From Ascidiella aspersa (Eukaryota): a DNA stretch of 64,000 bases. The notes beneath the pieces were generated by a model that saw nothing but the letters and a program-made list of their open reading frames with translations, was not told where the DNA came from and ran no database searches. Shown here piece after piece: positions 1-10,317 of the stretch (its first letter is position 1; each line of letters begins with the position of its first letter). The translations under genes and the position numbers were made by a program. The stretch lies in NCBI GenBank assembly GCA_963924565.1, contig OZ004607.1:16244001-16308000 (forward strand). Direction: 5' to 3'.

Positions 1-144
1 GACAACAGTGCTTCCTAAACTCTTTATCTCAGGGTGCATATGTATAGATCTAAAAAAACGTGATGACTCACAGGAAAAAGAAGCGAGCTCGATATTTTTT
101 TTGGTTCTGAATTAAAAAAAACAACATTACACCATAATCTAAAC

Positions 145-1264
145 CAGGGGTCGGCAACCGCCGTTCCGTGAGGAGTTCGTTAACGGTTCGAAGCAGGGTT
201 GCCAAACTAAAATTTCTGGTTAAACCTAAACCGTGCTTTAACTGGTCTTTTTGTGTCGCTGTGTGCACGGATGGGATTCTATGGTTTAACGGTTCGGTTG
301 AAGGAGGTTGCAACAGAGCGCGAGGCCACTTATTGTGTCATCGACAGAGAATGCTGATGGCTAGTAGAAAATTATTATTGAAGCTTCATAGGGTGTTCGA
401 TGATATAGTTGAAATGATTAACCTTATCAAAGCACATGCACTTAACACCCAGCTGTTTGAGCAGCTATGTGAGGATATGGACGCAGAGCACAAATGCCTT
501 ATTTTGCACACAGAAGTGAGATGGGGCCCACGACAAAAATAATGGAACATAGTGTTTGAATTGCGTGAAACACTGCAAAGATTTGTATTGGAAAAACATT
601 CAAATTTGCTAACAAATTTATTGACGACAAATGGGTGCTAAAACTTGCCTATATTGGTGTGACATTATTAAATCTGCTCAACGAACTAAATCTAAACCTT
701 CTCCGACCTTGTAAACAGTAACTTGCGTGTTAAGTTACTAGAGTTCAAACGCTATTTTCCAAGCGCTAAAGACCCTATAGGACTGCAAATAAATGGACCC
801 GTAAAAGGCTTCATTTATTTTCGAAACCGGTGAATCGACCTTAGCTGTGCGACAGAAGGACCAAATTCTGGACATTGCAAATGATGGTTGCATAAAATGT
901 GCTTTTTTTGCAATTACTCTACCAATGTTTTTGATAAATGTCTTGCTGGATAACCCTGACCTTGCTGTAAAAGCCTAAAAAAAACTTTGTGACAAGTAAC
1001 TTATGCGAGTATGGATTTTCTGCGATGGCAGCAACAAAGACGAAACCGCAAAACAGATTGGACGTGAGGGGTACATTACGGGTTTGATTAAGTATAATAA
1101 AAATTAGGTGGGAGCATCTCGTTGCGGCAAAACTAGCTCAAAGTTTTCATTGGAAAAAGTTGTAATAAATTTCCTTTACTGAACATTTGTTTTTTTAAGG
1201 CCGGTCTGTAATAAAATCTTAGTTTTTCATCGGTCCGCAGTGCAAAAAAGGTTGCCGACCTCTG
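145..1264 (+). mobile_element. Internally deleted, degenerate hAT DNA transposon (Charlie/Buster; ZBED5/SCAND3/FAM200-like transposase remnant)
   Basis: TIRs CAGGGGTCGGCAACC (145) and GGTTGCCGACCTCTG (ends 1264). 8-bp TSD atctaaac/aactaaac (7/8 match). ORF 168-542 contains ..LASRKL..VFDDIVEMINLIKAHALNTQLFEQLCEDMDAEHKCLILHTEVRW, typical of Buster-type transposases. About 997-1082 encodes a hAT dimerisation-like LCEYGFSAMAATKTKPQNRLDV segment. Stops and frameshifts are present. Confidence 0.9.
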
Positions 1265-2498
1265 AACTAAACAACCAATTTATAAAAAGAATACATTTTA
1301 TATATTTTTTTTTGTCAGCGGGCGCACCTGACAAATCCTCAATGGTGCACCCGTTGTATCGGCACAGAAGCGCTCATCTACAATATTTCTTGGTTTCATT
1401 GTGATAGGGTTTAAAATAAATCTAGAAAGGCAGTCCCACGTACAATCAAATAACTGTGTTGGATTGAAATAGAGTTATGCAACTTATAATGGAATATTAA
1501 AGTCAAAGTTAGATCATATCTACATAAAATTGTAGAAAGGTGATAGCAAACGGCATATTGTTGTCATATTAATTATGTTTCTATGCTATATTTAATAAAG
1601 TGAGATTTTGAGTAATATATTCTACATTGGTAAATTGCAATTATAGGGAGGGAAATTCAACTAATTGTTTTGGGATCACTTTATTTAGTTAAACCAGGCC
1701 CTTTTAAGACAAAAATCACGAACCTAAATATTAACATTCCTATTTGCGTTTGTGAAAAATTTTATCTCATTACATATTTTATTATATTTTTGAAAAATAT
1801 TTTGAGATTTTACTTTGTTGTAAGTGTTCAAAAAATGACGTGCGGCCATGATTTCGTGATGTTTATAAAAGTATATAGTAGATGGTATTTTGTCTCTCAC
1901 TGGTGATGGCCTTTGGTACGGAATGATAGGTTATACAAAAAAATGATATTTGATGTCTTACTATCTTTATCTTACGTTTGAATGATTTTCAAACATCTTG
2001 CACCACAGCAGAAATGAATGACTATATCTTAAAAGTTCCGAGTGAATATTGTTTTCATGAATGTTTTACAAACCCGGTTAAATGTCTCTCGTCCACCGAA
2101 AAAATAAAAAATCTGAAATAAAACTTCGATTAAGAATTTACAACCTGGAGGGCAATAGCTTGTCATTGGATACAAGAAGGAAATGCTCGGTAGCCTGTTA
2201 AAGTGGAGCACATAGCAGCATTGTATAGTTTATGTTTGCTACAAGCACTCTTAGTAAGCTACATGCTATTATTAAAGTTCATTGAACCTAAAGGTAATAT
2301 TAAACATTGCAAATAAAAAACAAACAGAGATAAAACTCTTACTTTCTTTTAAACATATATTTCTGTCTTTATAATGGTTATACAGTTATGACAAAAACTT
2401 ATGACCTACAGCGGTTTGATGAAGCAAATTAATGCTGTAAGCACTTAAGAACTGTTTAAACATGAACGTTAAAAGTTTAAGAAGCTCGTTGACGTTTA

Positions 2499-4940
2499 CT
2501 ATGGCTGATATATCTCTGCAGAGTAAGTCGGATTTAAGCCGGGAAACTCTTCATACTGTTCGTCGTCATTGAGCGAAACATAACTTTTATGCGGCGACGA
2601 GAGGTTGTTATTTGATTGACATTCATACATAATATATTTGCTGATTGGTGGCCCTTTGTATTCCTGTTCCACTGAAGTTAGACTGCCCTGTTGGCTCGTT
2701 AATGAAAGTTCATCGCGAAAACCGCTAAAACTAGAACTGCGAGCAATTTGACAATCACTGACGTATTCGAAATCGTGGTTGAGGTTGTCGTCAAGGAAAA
2801 CGGCGTCTGCTGGTAAGTAATCGGCATCGTCGTACTGAGCGAAAACGTCACACAAACTGTCACTTGTGGTCGGCGCATTCACCGACGACCCACTGCAGTA
2901 GCCACCGCTTTCACTCCTAGTTCGATCGACACACAATTCTTTTTGGACACCATCCATGAATTTTATTTCTATAAATATTGCAATAAGAACATTAGCTTTA
3001 TGTGTCCATTTAAAATGTGGTGGTACACATGATAATATCAATAGTTTGATAAACAATTTTATTTCAATTGTTTGCCTTTCTGGTATTCGTTTCTTAGAAA
3101 AATACTAACCCTGAAGCGACTGGATGGTTTCGTTTATATTGTTTGCTTCATATTTATCACGTGTTTCTAATGGACAAGCAGCTCCCATCAAGTCAGATGT
3201 GCTGTCGCGTCTACTGGGAATGTGTATGGCTGTGCAATCAGTTTCGTTGACAAGCACGTCGTCTATCATTTGAATCTGTTATTATACAGTTGTAACCATA
3301 TCGTAACGCTTTTAAGATAATGATAACATTAGGAAACATGCATTTTAATCGACGTACAAAAGCCGACTGTTGTGTCTTGAGGCGTCTTCGAACATTCCAG
3401 GCGCGAAATGCTAAAAACACACCAGCGGATACGAGTGTAAGACCAACGATGGGAAGGACGCTTGCAAGAAACAACGTCTGGTTGAAAGCGTTGGTCTCTC
3501 CAGCTTCGACACACTGTTCTCTTCCCCATGGACTACTGCCCGATGTTTTGTTGAGAGTACTGTAATCCTCGTCGTACAAGCGCATTGTTACACAATATTC
3601 CTTCTGATTATCCGGTACCTACAGGTATAATTAAAGTCACTACATGTCCTTGTAAATTCAATGGAAAAATACATAAATGGTCAAAACGTGAACAGAAAAC
3701 CGAAGAGCCTTATTTTTCTTGCATTATATATTGCAACCAAATTTTCCGTGAAAATTCTAACAATTCGAAATCACTAATTGGGACTTGTTTCGATCGACAA
3801 ACAGATCTTACCGTCACATGTATTTCACTGTGCAAGAGTGACAACTGTGTAATATTTGAAGCTGTTTTGTCGTGACGCGGCCATATTTTCACCTATACAC
3901 AAGTTGGTAATAAGTATATTATTTACTGTATATTAAAACTTTAAAAGAAACAATACCGATATTAATTTAATGTTTTGGTCTTTTGGACGAGGTCCCGATA
4001 AACAAGTAATAAATGTAAAATATGTAAAAGGTAGTACCGAAAGAATGGATGTAAAGTAAAGGAGGGATTCGAATTACTGTATACTACGAATTTTACCTGA
4101 TATGAAAGAGTCATGAGTTGATTTTCTAATGGTTCTCCAGTGCCAAGATTCATCACAGTTGCTGGTCGCAGAAATATTACGTTTTCCCTTCTTGTTACGC
4201 TAAATGTGGGTGGCAAAAGTTTTGCTGCAACAAAACGATGACACATATTATTATATATTCAAACAAACTTTAGTTTTGTTTAGCCACTAACAAACAAATA
4301 TTTTACGGCAATTTGCGATTATTTTAAATACAATCGCAGTGGGTGATAAAAATACTTTGAGTTGTTTTTGAGTGTTTGAGCCTGATCTGTCAGACACTTC
4401 CACTTACTGTCGAACTCGGGGCAAAATGTAATGTTTTCGGAATCTCCGTTGTTGGACGTAACACGAAGCTTGTACGTCAATGCGCTGTGTGGCAAAATGG
4501 AGCTCAAATCGCAGCTAGTCTTGTTGATGTTTGCACATTTAGGGACAATCGTCCAAAAACGCCTTGATTTCACATTAGAAAACAAAAACAAATAAATCGT
4601 TGCGTGCATTTTTTTAGCGACAAATAAACCTCAATTATAAAAAATATGTTTACCAATATTGTTAATTTACCATAACTTACTCGTACAAAATTTTCCAACT
4701 AACTGTAAATCGATTTGAGTTGTTGGTGGATTTCCAATGTAAATCATGGTGAAGCATTTCCGAATTTATTTTTAAGTCTGAAGCATAAATATGAACAGAA
4801 TATAGTTGTTATTTCACTAGATATGAAAGCTTTCATTTTATGTAAAAATTACCAAGTTCCGATTTCGTTTCCTGGACTTTTGTAAGGTAAGAGTTGTGCA
4901 CAGTCGCCAGCAATAAACCGGGTAAAAGTAAATTCCACAT
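2499..4940 (-). CDS. Class II cytokine receptor-like type I membrane protein (IFN/IL-10 receptor/tissue-factor fold), about 481 aa, 8 exons
   Basis: Phase-consistent GT-AG exons: 4940-4853, 4777-4681, 4562-4408, 4224-4097, 3892-3812, 3618-3358, 3275-3110, 2968-2499 (1446 nt). Signal peptide MWNLLLPGLLLATVH. D1: LKINSEMLHHDLHW..FTVSW..WTIVPKCANINKTSCDLS..YKLRV. Linker FCPEFDTKLLPPTFSV. D2: LSYQVKIW..EYCVTM..SPWGREQC. TM LFLASVLPIVGLTLVSAGVFLAF, then a long Ser/acidic tail with 12 Tyr. The first four intron phases are 1-2-1-0, as in cytokine receptor D200 modules. Confidence 0.85.
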
Positions 4941-6569
4941 CGAAAGAATTTGTAAAAGCAAAGACAAAATGGTTCGCAAACCTAATCAAAACAAACAGTT
5001 TACTTGTTTTTAAGAGGGCACTTCTGATCTTCCACGTTTGGAATATACCTAAACTGCTCTATTCCTGCGAGTATCGCTTGCCACCTTTGTACGAATGGAT
5101 CCAACTCCGATTCTATAGTGACCAGTTACTAGGCTATAAATGATTAGACCAATACTTTTCCCTTCCTGCATATTTCGCTTTTAGTCAATCTCGTTTAGGT
5201 CTACTGTCCTGGTTTTCAACGAAAAAGGAACGAGTCGGACAACTGCTAGAAATTTCGCCGAACAAAACTGAACGATTGTCAATGTGCATGGCGGCAAGCC
5301 ACAATTGTAAATGCCTGCAGTCGGCTTTAAAGCGACAACGCAGGATGTCGATTCTACTCGATCGGACTGGCTTCCTAATTAGCTCTCAGTCATTGGTTTG
5401 CTTGTGTGGAACAATAATAAGCGATATTTGGCGATAATATGTTTCGTTGGGGGAGTATTATAATACTGTCATCCATCACAGACCCGGACAAGTAAAAGCG
5501 TATCTAAAGCAGGTTGAGTTACAAAAAACCGTGGGAATGCAAGTATTGGCGAAGCGCTTTAGCTGTTTTTGAAATATACAGAGAAATCTTCTACGACTTG
5601 GCACCTTTTTTTACACAAATGTCTAATCATAAGTTTCCGATTTACATAACACCACGTTTATAGTCGACATGCTGTTAAATGTGCTTGGGTTCAGTGACAC
5701 GTTTCTTGAACCTTGCGAAACCGACCCTTCGACGACAAAATTGTATTACATTACAAACTACCTTTTTTAATTGCTGTTGAACGTAATCAAATTAATCACA
5801 AATATACCCCAATTTGCTAAATTGTTTTATTAATTTATTGCAATTGTCTCATTTGTTTACTGGCAAAAAATACGATAAAAAGGTAAAATAGTGTTGCCCA
5901 AATAGTCATCTTTAATCACGATACAGCACGTCTTATTTTTTTGGTATATTTTGGATAAGAGCCTAAATGCTGTTAACTCCCATAATTAGAACCATCTTAC
6001 ATAGAGACTACCACGAGTAAAAAAACATTTTTATAGGTGGTGTCTATTTAATCTCAGTAACAAATTTTATCCATACGGTTGCCTAACTGCTTTGCTTTCA
6101 ACGACAAGCATATTATTCAATATGCGCAAGGAAAAGTTTTTCACTTTTTCCTGTAGCTGATTCTCTTGCTGCCTGTTACCAGCGTGATAAATTACATCGT
6201 GCTTTTCTTGTCGTGGGTTGCAGCTGACAACTATTTTTCCAAATTAGATTAATTGTTTTTACAAAACAGAAATCTATTCATGACAATTTACTGGATTATT
6301 TGTAATGGTGAACGCGCAAGGTTTCGTGAGAAAGTTTCAAGGTGTCCCCTAAATATATTGTAAATTAATTTTCAGATACATTTTGTCTGGAGCACACTTG
6401 CTTTGCATCTTTTTAATCGTTTGAATTATTGAATATTATAAAAAAAAGGTTTGCTGACACTAAGCTATAGTGTCCATTTGCATAACTTTACTTTAGATAG
6501 GTTTTCTTTGCTTGATATATTTGTGTTGGGTTAAATATTATCAAGCAAAATCAATGTTTTGTCTTTTAG

Positions 6570-7637
6570 GTTGGAAAATGGAAGTGCAGCGTAATCCAGA
6601 TTCGATTCACTGTACGATTCTACCTGGGCACGTGCGTAGTGCCGACCAGTGGTTAATTGATTTGAAAGATGCCGTTGAGCATGTCAGGGTAAGTGAATAA
6701 GTATATCAAAAGTCGGAGAACATCAATGCCCGACAAGAATTAACCGTCATTAACATTTTGCAAAGTTGCTCCGTGCATTATATTATCCACGTATAACACA
6801 GTCACGAACTTCGAAAAATACGGAAATAAAATAACTCCTTGCACGATTCTTATGTCTGTTTATGTGTTTACCCGACTTGGAAGAATATTTTTAGCCCAAA
6901 GGCGCCGTACGTAACATGGCAATCTCTAATGAATGTTTTTCTAACTTAGCAAATGCATTTTTTAAGTTTTTTTTGTCTCTTAATTACCAACAAGAGTTAC
7001 AAGCTTTAATTCAAATTAACTATTTTTCGATAACTTAAATTAGACTATATGAAAGATAAATCCTTTTGCGTTCTTAAAAGTGTTTTCGTTACATATTTTA
7101 TATGTAATCATTGCCTTGCCGCGTGTTCAGTGCTCATTCTGCTAATTTAATTTAGTTATTTCATTTTTTCTTATATAGCTGTGGTATTTCGTCATTTGGC
7201 TCTATTTTAAAGGTTTGTCAGTTATAAACTTGCACCTTTGCGCAGTTAAACCGAGAACAGCAAGTTTTTGAACATTATTTGTTTCATGACGTTATTCCAT
7301 GATTTGAATTTGTAAGGTCATCTCTAAAAAATTGTAACGTCTTGCAAAACATCAGGATTACATAGTATGTTGTGTCACCCCCGGCAGTTATTTCCCTTGT
7401 ATTTAAGTTGGCTGAAGCCTCGTGTTATAACCGATGATTTCAAAACATTTGCTTAGAAGTTAAGAACTTGGTGTCTACTACCTACAGGTTTATATCGCTA
7501 ACTTTCTGCTGTAGATACACGGTGCGGATTCTTCTCAAGGAAATTCTGCAATTTATGGAATGCTGGCCAAAGTTCCAAGCGACGGAATTATAGATAACTT
7601 TCTCATTGATCTCTTCGACGAGATTTACAAGCTTTAG
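6570..7637 (+). CDS. SGPL1: Sphingosine-1-phosphate lyase-like (PLP-dependent group II decarboxylase family), last two coding exons only
   Basis: Exons 6570-6688 (GWKMEVQRNPDSIHCTILPGHVRSADQWLIDLKDAVEHVR) and 7515-7637 (IHGADSSQGNSAIYGMLAKVPSDGIIDNFLIDLFDEIYKL*). These match the S1P lyase C-terminus pattern GW.L..LQ.P.SIH......H.......FL.DL..V ... G..AIYGM....P....I..F...D.LY. Splice sites are canonical and phase-consistent. No upstream exons were recognised in the window. Confidence 0.75.
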
Positions 7638-8444
7638 TTGAAAGTTTTCTAAGCTTTATCTGAACTTTACCACCTGAACTGATGACCTATAAATGTATTT
7701 CGATTAATTACGTAATTAAATGCTTCTAAATTCATCGCGTCAAAAAATGTGTCCCATTTTTTTGTTCTGTTAAATAACATAACGAGAAAAGTGCCAGGGA
7801 GTAGAATACCTAAAGAAAAAGTAACCGAAAGAATATCGTGTTTATCACGCCACAATGACGCTCCTAATATTTCGTGAAGAAATATACTGATTTTTTTGCT
7901 TTGGAAAGAGTTATATTGCTTACTTTATAGCGATAAGACCTTATAGATTCATACAAATATAAAACGATTTCAAAACTAAGTCGATCCCTGGAGCTAGCCT
8001 ATGACCACATAGAAATAGATGTGTAAGAGGATACGTAAAACATTTGCACGAATTGTCAAATTATTAAAGGGGGCACAATTTGCGATACACCATTGAATGT
8101 GATCAACGCAAGGTACTGTATATCTTGCACAACCAACCGTGTTGTCAGAAAAGACGACGATCTCAATTACACAGGCTGATAACATATAATTATGTAGCTG
8201 TAATGTTTATTTTTCCATTCAAATTATTTTACAAGTCTGTGACACCATGCCTTGTGCGATTAGGTTACAAATTATTGTTTTGTGCTCGTCTTTTTCTAAT
8301 CTAAATGTGATCACTTCTAGTGACCTAGGCTAAATTGCGAATTTTACGTCATTTATAGCAATTTTATGTTGAGGACGTCTTTATGGTGGTATAATGTTGT
8401 CGATTTGGTCTAATTGACTATTTTGTGACCGGCAGGGTCTAAAA

Positions 8445-8913
8445 CAGGTGTCGGGAACGTATCGCTCGCGAGCCATATATGACTCTTTTGGTGACGCCAT
8501 ATGGCTCTTTGATTAGTAGGCTAATCTTGCTCGCAGATGAATCTAAGCTTTTCTTCATTATCAAGACTTGAATAAAATGATCCTCTTTCAAAACGTATTT
8601 TTTTTAATTTAAAACTAGTTAAATAACAATTTTTTCGCGCTTATTCCTATTTGTCTTTTTGTGTCAGCCGATTTAAATAAATCTCTTTGCAGATAAAAGG
8701 TCTTAATGTTCGTGCCATGGTCCCGTAAACAAAGTTTTGCAAACTTAGCCAATGCATTTTTTCGCGTTTACTATGTTGCCTTGTTAAAAGGTCCATTTCA
8801 AATTACTGTTTTGCCAACCCTAACAGTTGTTAAAAAATATGGCTCTCTTGGAAATAGAACGAAAAACATTCGGTTTTTATGGCTCCCTTCGCTAAAAAGG
8901 TTCCTGACCCCTG
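8445..8913. mobile_element. Non-autonomous hAT MITE
   Basis: Ends CAGGTGTCGGGAAC.. and ..GTTCCTGACCCCTG; subterminal TGGCTC repeats at both ends; flanks gtctaaaa/gtcaaaag resemble a decayed 8-bp TSD. Confidence 0.7.
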
Positions 8914-10317
8914 GTCAAAAGTTATTTAAATTTTGCAGCCCATTTGAATATGAAAGGCTTTATTAGGACATGTTAGACAGGGTATTTTTTGAGGACGGTT
9001 GTTAAGCATTCTTTGTCGCGATGAATCACAAAAACACCTTGTGTTGCCATTTTTAACTTTTTAACTTTTTTTTTGCTTGCCTATAAATAGTGACACGTCT
9101 TCTTTTAACGTATATTATGCAAATGGTAGTGAAGTACATGTAACGCAAAACAGCAAATTAAAAAATAAATGTTTAACTATAATGTACTTTTCAAAGAAAA
9201 TCGAGGTGTATTTCTGTTGGTGATTTTAAAATACTTTAAGACTCTTATACAACTTCAGCCAATCAATGATCTCACACTAAATAAATGCAACTGAAAAACA
9301 TACAAACTTGAGGACTCATGTATACATAACAGGTTTTAACGCATACAAACGAAATCCAAAAACTACGAATCGTGAATAAGTGAAAATTTTAAACTAGTTT
9401 GCAACCAATACTTTTTAAATAAAGCAATGTTTTTTTCCAAAATGTGTTATTAGGCAGATAACATCTTATTCTGAAATAAAGGTATAGTGACATTTTGACC
9501 TGATACGCGCATGGCTTAATATAAAATTCTGACTTCACCCAGGAATGGGCTTTCACGAATTTAATGGTTTATTTCTGTTTGGGTTTACAACTTGATCAAA
9601 GAAAATTTGTAGATATTTTTGGAGTGAGATTGTGTCGTAGTAAATCTTGTTTTTAAATTATTGCAGAAAAACGCAATTTCACCAATTTATTTGATTTATG
9701 CTGATATTAATAAACTATTCTTTATGCATTTCGGTTAATTAAACCCTTCCTTGTGCAGTCAGTGTAAACCATGCAGTCCGTGAGTGGAACTATTACTAGG
9801 CGATTATGGTAACTTATTATTCATTGTTCTACATCTGCAATATTAGCCGGTACCCTTTATATTTTTGGAATTCATTTTTCTATAATTGGCGTGACACAAT
9901 CTGATATAAATTAGCCAAAGCCCTAATAAAATCTTTACTTAAACACCAACAGATGCATGAAGATAAAATTGCATGCAAAGAAGAAACATTGCTGAAACTA
10001 AAATCAACTATAAATAGGTTACAGTGCATTCACGGTGTTCCCACACAGCGCTGTTAAAACCCACTTATGTTGGGTGTTATTTAAAAATGTTTCGAGGTAG
10101 CAATGTTAAAGAGAGATTGAAATGTTAGTAACAAAATTAGTTTCACAAACTATTTCGTAAAATTGTTGTCGAATTAGTGAAGAAAAACGTCACACAACAC
10201 TGATTAAAAAAATGATTTTTTTGTTTAGTACTAATTTTAGTTTAAATCGAAGCCCTTTAAGTAAATACATGTCTAAAATTAGGTCTATGTATATTACTAA
10301 TGAAAGTTCAAAACAAA

